Virus record (IMG/VR): IMGVR_UViG_3300037067_027616
Location: 192,001-256,000 of that record
Source of the DNA: a virus
Lineage: Duplodnaviria; Caudoviricetes
Length of the DNA: 64,000 nt
Reading direction: 5' to 3' (one strand)
A model generated the notes under the pieces. It saw only the letters and a program-made list of their open reading frames with translations, made no database searches and had not been told where the DNA came from. Positions within the stretch are counted from its first letter, which is position 1. Each line of letters starts with the position of its first letter. Positions 7,941-15,771 of this stretch are shown piece after piece. The translations under genes were made by a program, and so were the position numbers.

Positions 7941-7962
7941 GGTTTATTCTCCTGTGGTGTTA

Positions 7963-7991
7963 AATATACACCTATCGGGACAAATTGTCAA
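7963..7991 (-). promoter_or_regulatory. Sigma70-type promoter TTGACA-17-TATATT for leader 1
   Basis: -35 at 7991..7986; -10 at 7968..7963. Confidence 0.85.
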
Positions 7992-8235
7992 CCTCTTTTT
8001 TCATTCTTTTGATCTTCCTTGCCAAAAATGCGCGCTCAAGTCCTTTTATGTCGCGGGTGATAGCGTACTCTACACGCTTCTGCCTGTACCCGGAAACTTT
8101 GAGAGTATCGACAGAAAGGAGTGTGACCCCATCCATATTAATGCGGTCAGTCAACCCCACATACACAGTGAATCGCGGAGCGCAGGAAACTAGAAGCAAC
8201 AACATCGCCATTGCGGCGACTATCTTGAAATTCAT
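7972..8235 (-). CDS. Small lipoprotein
   Basis: Signal peptide with LVSC lipobox. Confidence 0.6.
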   Translation of the reverse strand: MNFKIVAAMAMLLLLVSCAPRFTVYVGLTDRINMDGVTLLSVDTLKVSGYRQKRVEYAITRDIKGLERAFLARKIKRMKKEVDNLSR

Positions 8236-8331
8236 CGAAAGTCCTTTGTTTCAGGAATAATGACAAAAATGTGGTCTTATCGGGGATATGCTTGTTGCTA
8301 TGATATCCGTAAACGTGCAGCTACGACAATG

Positions 8332-8901
8332 TCATTCTATGATTTTCTTGGCTTCTGCGCGTCCCTCGTCAAGAAGCTTCTCATCTTTGAGGTCAAGCAC
8401 GGAAAGCAACTGTTGTAATTCTCCGGCATGTACCTTTTCCTCATCAGCGATATCACCCAAAAGTTCCTTTACATCGGCGTTCTCACAGCTGTCGATGATG
8501 AGTTCGTAAAGGTGCACCGCGTCCTGCTCTGCTGATATTGCAAGGCGTATAGCCCTGGCTGTTTCGCGTTGGTCGAGGGGCTTGTCCGTCTTGAGGAGGG
8601 ATCCTATGGATGAGAAGTCCATCGCCTGCTTCTCGGCGCCGGACTCCATCTTCTTCAGCCGCGTGTAATAGTCCTTAAACTCCCGAAGATGCGCTTGGGC
8701 GACCATTTCGTAAAACTGATCTTCGGTGACGGGCATCTTTACGCCAGCATCCTCGAAAGCTTTATTGAACAAATCGAAGATGTCTTTGTGTTCCTTCTCG
8801 ACCTCTTTGCCCATGGACAACTGTTTATTGCTGGGTTTGTCCGCCGCCATCTTTTCCAAATATGAACGCACCACATCCCGTGCTATTGCAGGGCTTTCCA
8901 T
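8332..8901 (-). CDS. DUF5661-like domain fused to a ferritin-like domain
   Basis: MGKEVEKEH...AHLREFKDYYTRL, then AISAEQDAVHLYE...DIADEEKVHAGE di-iron ExxH motif. Confidence 0.7.
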   Translation of the reverse strand: MESPAIARDVVRSYLEKMAADKPSNKQLSMGKEVEKEHKDIFDLFNKAFEDAGVKMPVTEDQFYEMVAQAHLREFKDYYTRLKKMESGAEKQAMDFSSIGSLLKTDKPLDQRETARAIRLAISAEQDAVHLYELIIDSCENADVKELLGDIADEEKVHAGELQQLLSVLDLKDEKLLDEGRAEAKKIIE

Positions 8902-8950
8902 AATCACCGCCTTGTTTGTTACACACAAGGCGTTCTATATTAGAAGAGAA

Positions 8951-9196
8951 TTAGTTAAATTCTTGGGGCGTTCCGAGCCGTTCCAAGATACCGATGGCGT
9001 GTTCCGGGTAAAGTTCCTTCAAACACTCGGGGCATATACTATGCGTAACTATTTTGCGCGGGGCTACGGCGAGGAGTTCTTTGCCTTCGCACCAATAGCC
9101 GTCATCGGTGCGTATCCGCCGACACGAACAACAGGAAGTTACGAGGAAGTTAAGCGGTTTAGTACCAGGTTGTGACATAGCGGGTAGTGGGTACAT
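8951..9196 (-). CDS. Small Cys-rich hypothetical protein
   Basis: CCSCRR...THSICPEC; start uncertain. Confidence 0.5.
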   Translation of the reverse strand: MYPLPAMSQPGTKPLNFLVTSCCSCRRIRTDDGYWCEGKELLAVAPRKIVTHSICPECLKELYPEHAIGILERLGTPQEFN

Positions 9197-9218
9197 GAAT
9201 AGGAAATTACATCCGGTA

Positions 9219-9704
9219 CTACCCGTGCGCAAGATCGTCACGCACCTTCGTGAGGGTCTGCCCGAGCCAGTTGGTGCCTTTCCAATTCTTTGGGTCGTCA
9301 CACAGGGTCGACTTCCAATGGAGTCCGATGCCCCAGATGCAGTCTTGGGGGCTTGCCTCAACGATCGTGCGGGTGCCTGTCGACAGAAGTTCCTCCTTCA
9401 AATCCTTGTTCTGGCTGTACTTGGCCAAACACCCCTTGTACATGATGTCGAGAGCCTTGCCGTCCCATGTGTCCTTGTCGAATCCGCGTACGGCACGGCC
9501 GCATTGCTTTTGATAACCGGGATCATCGGAGGACATGATCTCGTTGAGCGTCTCTGTATCTCCGAACATGCGGGCCTTCTCGGCCATGAGATACTGCTCG
9601 GAGCAATTGTACTTGATGCCGTCGACCTCGAACCCGCAAGGGTGCCAATTGCTGAACGAGCACCCTTTTCCCCAGAAGAACACATACTTGTCGGTCATCC
9701 TCAT
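9219..9704 (-). CDS. NADAR (YbiA-like) family hydrolase
   Basis: FSNWHP, SEQYLMAEKA, VEASPQDCIWGIG, GTNWLGQTL. Confidence 0.92.
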   Translation of the reverse strand: MRMTDKYVFFWGKGCSFSNWHPCGFEVDGIKYNCSEQYLMAEKARMFGDTETLNEIMSSDDPGYQKQCGRAVRGFDKDTWDGKALDIMYKGCLAKYSQNKDLKEELLSTGTRTIVEASPQDCIWGIGLHWKSTLCDDPKNWKGTNWLGQTLTKVRDDLAHG

Positions 9705-9713
9705 AGGTTACTC

Positions 9714-10334
9714 CTATACGAGTCTGTTGAACATTGCTTGGTCATCGCCGCATTTCTCTTTAAGTTTGGCTAACCACGCGCGGGTCTTTACCTTGAACAT
9801 CTCTGGATTCTGCTGTTTGCCTTGGACCTTCATCTTGCAGACAACACCCTCGAAGGTGATGCCAAGCATACGAGAGGAACGGATCTCCTCCTCGACCTCG
9901 GCATTCATGTTACCACGAAATATAAACCTCGCCGTTCCAAGATGCCCGAACAGATCCAAGAACTCGTCAGGGTTGAGGATCCCGTGCTTGAAAGGTTTCA
10001 CATCGATAAGGGTGACATCGTGTGGCTCATCGAGCACGTGCCAACCAGCGAATGAGTGTTGACCCCAAAATTCAAAAAAAGCTGTAGCCTCGTGCCAACG
10101 GTTTTTTTCAAATACGTGACACATGCCTTCTTCATACTTCTCCTGTATAATCCCGATGGCATCCCCTAAAAACGGATGGCCCCCGTCCATGAGTTGGGTG
10201 CGGCTACCGTATTTGTAAAATTGGCCCTTCTTGCGGCGCCATTCGGCACGGATGTTGGATCCGTCCAATTTATCAAAGGCGTATACCGGGACTCCATAGT
10301 GTGGTATCCGCGGTATGGAAGGATATTCTTTCAT
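9714..10334 (-). CDS. ATP-dependent RNA ligase-like protein
   Basis: YPSI, KLDGSN (motif I), FEFWG, EGVV, FKVK nucleotidyltransferase motifs; start at MKEY. Confidence 0.75.
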   Translation of the reverse strand: MKEYPSIPRIPHYGVPVYAFDKLDGSNIRAEWRRKKGQFYKYGSRTQLMDGGHPFLGDAIGIIQEKYEEGMCHVFEKNRWHEATAFFEFWGQHSFAGWHVLDEPHDVTLIDVKPFKHGILNPDEFLDLFGHLGTARFIFRGNMNAEVEEEIRSSRMLGITFEGVVCKMKVQGKQQNPEMFKVKTRAWLAKLKEKCGDDQAMFNRLV

Positions 10335-10351
10335 AAAATTTCTATTTGAAG

Positions 10352-10426
10352 TGGTACGCCTGCCAGGACTTGAACCTGGGTAACTGGTTTCGTAGACCAG
10401 GGCCTGATCCGCTAGGCTACAGGCGC
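10352..10426 (-). tRNA. tRNA-Arg(ACG)
   Basis: CTGGT-CTACGAA-ACCAG; ACCA end. Confidence 0.9.
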
Positions 10427-11062
10427 ACAAGTTTTGTCCCACTCGGCTCTCAAAAAATCGTACAAACCTTTTATCTTTTGTAGGGCTTTTGTGTCTGTGA
10501 TAACCATCTTGAATGTTCCATAGTTACTTCTTCTAGGACTTACGTTACCCCCTTTTTCATAAGAATGAATATCGTCAACTTTTATTTTCATTTGGTCCGC
10601 CCAATATTTTTTCATTTCTTCAGTAACACTGTGACCAATTAAAACGTATCTTGGGTTTTTTACAGAAAATAATGTAATGTATTTGGCAAAAAGTTTCATT
10701 ATTGATGGGTCAGTGTTTGTAAAGTCTATGGTGTTTTTAGATTTTTTGTAACCTTCTGCTAAATACATTACAATAAAATCCCTAACTCCTTTGTTTGAAA
10801 GTATCTCTTCAGCATTGTCATAGCCTTCTCTGTAACAGCCATCTCTGATTTTCCTATACTTTTCAACTAATACCACGACTGCTACTTTCCTAGCACGCTC
10901 AAGAGACTCGCTCCTTGTTATCCTATTGAAACCGAAACCACGAAGCCAATAAAACACTGTAGATTTTCTTCGCCCTAAAATAGATGCTATCTCGTCAATT
11001 GTTTTACCGCTTCTCTTCAGTTCTACAGCTTTTTCTTTCTCCTGCTTGCTGCCTCTTCTCAT
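10412..11062 (-). CDS. HTH + LAGLIDADG-like free-standing homing endonuclease
   Basis: N-terminal HTH (IDEIASILGRRKSTVFYW); MYLAEG...FTNTDP; visibly AT-richer than flanks. Confidence 0.6.
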   Translation of the reverse strand: MRRGSKQEKEKAVELKRSGKTIDEIASILGRRKSTVFYWLRGFGFNRITRSESLERARKVAVVVLVEKYRKIRDGCYREGYDNAEEILSNKGVRDFIVMYLAEGYKKSKNTIDFTNTDPSIMKLFAKYITLFSVKNPRYVLIGHSVTEEMKKYWADQMKIKVDDIHSYEKGGNVSPRRSNYGTFKMVITDTKALQKIKGLYDFLRAEWDKTCAPVA

Positions 11063-11134
11063 TTGAACCTCCTATCGGATGGTGTAGGCCACACGAATGA
11101 AAGTTCAAATAGAAGATTATTACAAATTGTCACA

Positions 11135-11172
11135 TCGTAGCCTGGTATTCTATCCAGTTGAGCTACGGACGC
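11135..11172 (-). pseudogene. 5' half of a second tRNA-Arg(ACG), truncated just after the anticodon
   Basis: GCGTCCGTAGCTCAACTGGATAGAATACCAGGCTACGA followed by unrelated AT-rich sequence. Confidence 0.8.
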
Positions 11173-11179
11173 ATGTTTC

Positions 11180-11449
11180 CTACAATTTCTGTCTTCCCTC
11201 CACCAACTTGTCATCGATGATGATGTACCCTTGTTGTGAAAACGGCTTGTGTATGATGCCCCTGAATCGTAACCCTTGCGATTTGAGGGCACATATCCAT
11301 TCGGTGTTTTCCGGCCGACACGTAAACAGCCACACTTCATTTCCTTCAGAGATGATGGTGTTGACCTTTTCCACCACCCCCGGGAACAACTCGTCAGAGC
11401 CACTAGGTACGATCGTGTTGTCCACGTCCAACAGGTAGCACAACCCCAT
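11180..11449 (-). CDS. Small HAD-superfamily phosphatase-like protein
   Basis: LLDVDNTI (DxD), FTCR, IIIDDK. Confidence 0.65.
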   Translation of the reverse strand: MGLCYLLDVDNTIVPSGSDELFPGVVEKVNTIISEGNEVWLFTCRPENTEWICALKSQGLRFRGIIHKPFSQQGYIIIDDKLVEGRQKL

Positions 11450-11462
11450 TCTAGCCCCTATT

Positions 11463-11705
11463 CTATATCTTCAAAGGTTCAACGGTAACGAACTTCTTTC
11501 CTATGTGGCTCATGGTTTTTTCCTCATACCCACATTTCTTGCATTTGACTTTCCCAGACCACGGTCCCCACGCGAGCGCCGAAATGACTACGATTTGGTC
11601 GTTACCACATTTGGTGCATGTGTCACCGTTCGGGGCTGGTCGTTCCACAGGAAGCATGGGCTTCAAGACGATTTCTTTGACGGCTTCTAACGTTTTCCTA
11701 TTCAC
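11463..11705 (-). CDS. Zn-ribbon protein
   Basis: CTKC...CKKC. Confidence 0.6.
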   Translation of the reverse strand: MNRKTLEAVKEIVLKPMLPVERPAPNGDTCTKCGNDQIVVISALAWGPWSGKVKCKKCGYEEKTMSHIGKKFVTVEPLKI

Positions 11706-11714
11706 AAATGCCTC

Positions 11715-12215
11715 CTACCCTACGAAAAAGTAGTCCACTGTCTTATCCCCGTACACCGACTCCGCCGCCTTCTCCTTTGAATCGTAAGAAGCCAGGCGGT
11801 ACATGTTTGACATTACTCTCCATTGGTCATCTTCATATACGAGAAGTATTGCGTGTCCTCGCCTTTTACCGTCCTTGCGTCCGTGGCACACAGCCATGAC
11901 ACATTTTTTATTTCCCCGCAGGACTTCCCACGACAAGAGTGCAAAATCCTCACAATCTCCACCCCATTTTGCTGCCGTAAGCCAAGGCTTGCTGTAGCAA
12001 TTAATTTTGTCTTTCCGCCACACAAAACCATATTCTGAATACCAAGCCTTCAACGTGATCGTATCATTTACTTTCTTGCGGGCCTCTTTTATCAAGTGCA
12101 TGCCCCACTGTTTCCGTTTGGCATTGAGCAGGCCCTCGATACCTCCCGACAGAAAGATGTAGGGTTTTGCCGTCAACGGACCGTACCACTTGATAAACCA
12201 TCTCCACAACCTCAC
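11715..12215 (-). CDS. Transglutaminase-like cysteine protease
   Basis: GDCEDFA and GHAILLV motifs; likely GTG start at 12215. Confidence 0.7.
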   Translation of the reverse strand: MRLWRWFIKWYGPLTAKPYIFLSGGIEGLLNAKRKQWGMHLIKEARKKVNDTITLKAWYSEYGFVWRKDKINCYSKPWLTAAKWGGDCEDFALLSWEVLRGNKKCVMAVCHGRKDGKRRGHAILLVYEDDQWRVMSNMYRLASYDSKEKAAESVYGDKTVDYFFVG

Positions 12216-12524
12216 GACTTGACCTCTCCTGTTTCGATCGGTATAATAAAAAGATCCGGCATGGTATCTACCTTTTCGTACTGCTGATGACGAGCAAGCC
12301 ACTTTACCACCACGTGAACCTCATGCTCCCCGAGTTCTGCCTGCCAATAGGAGTTGTCACCGTCTGTAAGCCTTTGTGACCCGTTTCTCTCCGCTATCTC
12401 CTTGAGGAACCCCAACATGTCCATCATCCAGGAGTGCCTTGAAGAATTCGTGTCTGCGATGTTTGGTACCCGGATGAGGTTCCCTTCAAACCAATACCTC
12501 AATGTTTCCTTTTTTCTTGCCACT
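12212..12524 (-). CDS. Hypothetical protein
   Basis: ORF downstream of tRNA-Arg(CCG); start approximate. Confidence 0.5.
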
Positions 12525-12541
12525 GTGCACCCCTTTTCTTT

Positions 12542-12619
12542 TGGTACCCGCGGTGCGACTTGAACGCACGATCTTTGCCTTCGGAGGGCAATGTTTTGAT
12601 CCAACTAAACTACGCGGGC
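12542..12619 (-). tRNA. tRNA-Arg(CCG)
   Basis: TTGCC-CTCCGAA-GGCAA; ACCA end. Confidence 0.9.
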
Positions 12620-12810
12620 ATTGTTCGCTCATCCCGTATTTTCTTTTCAACCAACCCCTTTTTCCCATTTCAGCACACAATCCTTGGAACATTTTTCGGT
12701 CGTCTCCGGAAAGACCAAACTCGCGGCCTTTAGTAAACAGTCCCCGGAAGTCATCAAACAAATATTCATCAGACATCTTCGACAAGTCTTCCACAATGTC
12801 CTTCAATCTA

Positions 12811-12887
12811 TGGTGGGCCCGGCCCGGCTTGAACGGGCGACCTCCTGCATGTCGAGCAGGCACTCTAGCCAACTGAGCTACGAGCCC
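12811..12887 (-). tRNA. tRNA-Val(GAC), C at position 33
   Basis: CCTGC-TCGACAT-GCAGG; ACCA end. Confidence 0.9.
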
Positions 12888-12893
12888 ACGTAT

Positions 12894-12970
12894 TGGTACC
12901 CCCTCCCGGAGTCGAACCGGGTACCTACTGATTAAGAGTCAGTTGCTCTAGCCAAATGAGCTAAGGAGGC
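12894..12970 (-). tRNA. tRNA-Lys(CTT)
   Basis: ACTGA-CTCTTAA-TCAGT; ACCA end. Confidence 0.92.
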
Positions 12971-12975
12971 ATGAA

Positions 12976-13356
12976 TTATCCGTTGAACTCCTCTTCGTTC
13001 TCTTTTTCTTTGGTTTCGTCCACACTATCCACGAGTACCTTCTCGATGCTGTCACAAAATTTACGTATGCTCGATACCAACAATTCCCTTTGCGCCTTGT
13101 TGACCTTTTTCATGAATTCACCGAAAATGGCGTTGAACTCCTCATCTGCAAACATTTTCTTTTCCATCTCGGAAGCAATAGTTCCGAGAGCATTGATTTG
13201 CAACTCACGCCATTTCCAAACCATGTCGCGCATAAACTTTTTAGGATCTTCTGTCAGCACGGCCATCGTCTTCAGCACAGACATCGCCACGAAGAACGTG
13301 AAGTCGTTTCTGAGTTCCCTCAATGCCTCTCCACTCACGTTCTCCTCGGTACCCAT
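12976..13356 (-). CDS. Hypothetical protein
   Basis: 126-aa ORF. Confidence 0.6.
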   Translation of the reverse strand: MGTEENVSGEALRELRNDFTFFVAMSVLKTMAVLTEDPKKFMRDMVWKWRELQINALGTIASEMEKKMFADEEFNAIFGEFMKKVNKAQRELLVSSIRKFCDSIEKVLVDSVDETKEKENEEEFNG

Positions 13357-13800
13357 TCATCGTACCTTTCGTTTTGATTTGGTAGGCGCGAGAGGACTTG
13401 AACCTCCGACCCTCGGTTTGTAGGACCGATGCTCTGTACCAACTGAGCTACGCGCCTTCAATATCTTCTCCTTCTTGAGTTTTCCGCCGGCCATTTCAGA
13501 CCAATACTCTACATCGAGGTCGGGTTTCTCCGCCTTGATGTCTTCAGCTATCTTGCGTCCCATCTCGTACAGTTTCTTCTCGTACTTCTTGAGGACACAG
13601 TAATTGGGTCTTCCCGTCGCCACGTCATCGTAGTAGCGCTCAAATTTATTCAAATCATTTGTGATGCTCTTTGACAACCCAATATCTTCTGGGTCGATCA
13701 TAAAACCCTTGTCCAGGCTCCACAAGCACGAAGAACTGAAGTCAGGCATGACCTTCACTCCCGGGACTTTGTACCGTTTTGACTTTGATTCCTTTGACAT
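13357..13800 (-). CDS. Hypothetical protein whose 3' end reads through tRNA-Val(TAC)
   Basis: 147-aa ORF. Confidence 0.6.
   Translation of the reverse strand: MSKESKSKRYKVPGVKVMPDFSSSCLWSLDKGFMIDPEDIGLSKSITNDLNKFERYYDDVATGRPNYCVLKKYEKKLYEMGRKIAEDIKAEKPDLDVEYWSEMAGGKLKKEKILKARSSVGTEHRSYKPRVGGSSPLAPTKSKRKVR
13380..13457 (-). tRNA. tRNA-Val(TAC), C at position 33
   Basis: TCGGT-CCTACAA-ACCGA; ACCA end. Confidence 0.88.
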
Positions 13801-13834
13801 ATGTTCAAGCCTTTTATTAACAGGTTAGACTTTC

Positions 13835-13909
13835 TGGTACCCCCGGTTGGATTCGAACCAACGACCCCCATCTTAAAAGGATGGTATTCTACCTCTGAAT
13901 TACGGAGGC
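13835..13909 (-). tRNA. tRNA-Lys(TTT)
   Basis: CCATC-CTTTTAA-GATGG; ACCA end. Confidence 0.9.
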
Positions 13910-13910
13910 A

Positions 13911-13953
13911 CAAAACAAGAAGGCCCCCGGTGACTTTGTCATCCGGGGGCCTT
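13911..13953 (-). terminator. Attenuator terminator 2 (Lys/Val/Arg-CGN operon)
   Basis: AAGGCCCCCGG-ATGACAAAGTCA-CCGGGGGCCTT followed by CTTGTTTTG. Confidence 0.85.
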
Positions 13954-13980
13954 AAACCTATTGTGAAGAGATTGAATAGG

Positions 13981-14046
13981 CTACACGACCCCCGATGGCG
14001 TCACCCGGCGCTTGGATACGACTCGTTTTGCCTTCAGTGAGAACAT
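13981..14046 (-). CDS. Leader peptide 2 MFSLKAKRVVSKRRVTPSGVV
   Basis: Purine-rich SD; codons 5-15 AAG GCA AAA CGA GTC GTA TCC AAG CGC CGG GTG. Confidence 0.85.
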   Translation of the reverse strand: MFSLKAKRVVSKRRVTPSGVV

Positions 14047-14071
14047 GGTGCCTTTTTCCCTTCAAAAACAT

Positions 14072-14100
14072 AATATACCACAACCTGACAGGTTTGTCAA
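14072..14100 (-). promoter_or_regulatory. Sigma70-type promoter TTGACA-17-TATATT (extended -10 TG) for leader 2
   Basis: -35 at 14100..14095; -10 at 14077..14072. Confidence 0.85.
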
Positions 14101-14103
14101 TGG

Positions 14104-14667
14104 TCAATTCGTGAAATTTACAGGTTGCTTACCGGATCTTTTCAAACAAGCATCGTATAACTTTGCTGCCTGGAGTTCGTTAGCAAAAGTTCCTACTCTC
14201 TTATTGCGATATCTCACCACCCAAGGTTTGTTGATACTTCCGCTATAACTCACTCCGATGTATTTCGATATTGGAGTACCGACGTTTGAATATTGTTCGG
14301 CACGCACTTTAGTGCCCGGACTCCTTGAGAGATCTATGCCGTTCTGTGATCTGTTCCTTATCTTTTTGAAAACCTGAACAGGCTGCTGTGGCATACAGAG
14401 CGGTCTGGCAACAATGTTTTTTCCTACCCTTGCAGGATCGGCCGTCAGCTGGTCACTGACTTCTTCGAGGGGAGAATCTATGAGGGTTATATCGTGTGAG
14501 GTGTCCCCGAAGTACTTTGAGGTACATTCATCGATAGCTTTTTCCAAATAATCAATACTCCCCGCGAATTGGGCCAACTTGAATACTTCATTTACAAGCT
14601 CAAGGATCCTTTGGTTAATCGCAGGTTTCATCAATTCGAGGACGTCATCTGTAACGGTCTTTGTCAT
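14104..14667 (-). CDS. AP2-domain DNA-binding protein
   Basis: SKYIGVS...VGTFANELQAAKLYD. Confidence 0.7.
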   Translation of the reverse strand: MTKTVTDDVLELMKPAINQRILELVNEVFKLAQFAGSIDYLEKAIDECTSKYFGDTSHDITLIDSPLEEVSDQLTADPARVGKNIVARPLCMPQQPVQVFKKIRNRSQNGIDLSRSPGTKVRAEQYSNVGTPISKYIGVSYSGSINKPWVVRYRNKRVGTFANELQAAKLYDACLKRSGKQPVNFTN

Positions 14668-14708
14668 ATTGCTCTCCTTTTATTGTTTTTGATTTCAGAA
14701 ACGGTTTT

Positions 14709-15464
14709 CTATTCCTTTTTATCTTCAGGTATTAAGTCTTCCTTAATAAGCGCCCGGTGCCTGACCTGGCTGTCCAAATGCCACTTTCCTTCCCTGTTCG
14801 ACATGCGTAAAACTTCACAGTTGTAGGGGTTTCTGACGGTTTCATAGTATTCGACAGACCAATGAAACCAGCGCATGAGGAAAAGTCTCATCGTGAGTCC
14901 GTGCGTGACGATGAGGCAAACCCTGGGAAAATCCGGCTTATCGAAATCTCTCCAGAGTGTGTCCATGAAGGTGGACAAGCGGTCATAGACATCAGCCCCT
15001 GATTCTCCATCGGGGATCCTGTAGAAGAACGTGCCAAACTTGTCACGTTCTTCCTCGATCTTTTTTGAAACATCGGCGTCCTTGTAGTTTCCCCAATCCT
15101 GCTCGCGCAACCGCGGGTCGAACGTTTCGCTTGCGATGTGGACATAGTATGGTTTATGGAGTAAATCTTTTATTCTTCCTGTGTGCGTGTGAATACCATC
15201 GAACAAAAGCCTCCAGACGGTATGCCACGTTTGTTTGGTCCGCTCATATGGCGAGCAATATGCGGCGATTTCCGGCGGGTCGATGCCTTTGGGGAATTCG
15301 TGAACGAGATCGTCTTTGATGTAAATGCCTGCGGTAACAGCCTGCTGACGACCGAAATCGGTGAGAGGTATCTTCCAATCAGGGACGGTCTTCAAAAGAT
15401 CCCAATTCACGTTCGCTTCAGACTGACCGTGCCTTATGAGATATATGAATTTTGGAGGAGCCAT
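14709..15464 (-). CDS. Histidine phosphatase (phosphoglycerate mutase family)
   Basis: LIRHGQS, SPYERT, LREQDWG, GES, VTHG. Confidence 0.9.
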   Translation of the reverse strand: MAPPKFIYLIRHGQSEANVNWDLLKTVPDWKIPLTDFGRQQAVTAGIYIKDDLVHEFPKGIDPPEIAAYCSPYERTKQTWHTVWRLLFDGIHTHTGRIKDLLHKPYYVHIASETFDPRLREQDWGNYKDADVSKKIEEERDKFGTFFYRIPDGESGADVYDRLSTFMDTLWRDFDKPDFPRVCLIVTHGLTMRLFLMRWFHWSVEYYETVRNPYNCEVLRMSNREGKWHLDSQVRHRALIKEDLIPEDKKE

Positions 15465-15482
15465 AGTGCCTCTTTTTTTATT

Positions 15483-15557
15483 TGGTATCCTCACCGGGAA
15501 TCGGACCCGGATCTAGAGTTTAGGAAACTCTTGTTCTGTCCGTTGAACTATGAGGAC
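15483..15557 (-). tRNA. tRNA-Arg(CCT)
   Basis: AGAGT-TTCCTAA-ACTCT; T-loop TCCGATT; ACCA end. Confidence 0.88.
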
Positions 15558-15615
15558 ATAGTTGAATATACCATTTCGTAACCCTGATTTACAGCACTTT
15601 TCGAAGACATAAATG

Positions 15616-15691
15616 TGGTGCGGCAGCCGAGACTCGAACTCGGGGCATTCAGCTTGGGAAGCTGACATTCTACCAACTGAATTACTGCCGC
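15616..15691 (-). tRNA. tRNA-Gly(CCC)
   Basis: TCAGC-TTCCCAA-GCTGA. Confidence 0.92.
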
Positions 15692-15696
15692 ATATT

Positions 15697-15771
15697 TGGA
15701 GCGCCAGCCGAGGCTCGAACTCGGGACCCCTACCATGGCAAGGTAGTATTCTACCACTGAACTACTGGCGC
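15697..15771 (-). tRNA. tRNA-Gly(GCC)
   Basis: CTACC-TTGCCAT-GGTAG; TCCA end. Confidence 0.92.

Noticed and set aside
10427-11134. Group I intron within tRNA-Arg(ACG)
   Set aside because: No matching 3' exon (CCTGG...CGGACGC) and no room for a ribozyme core; the downstream tRNA is complete on its own.
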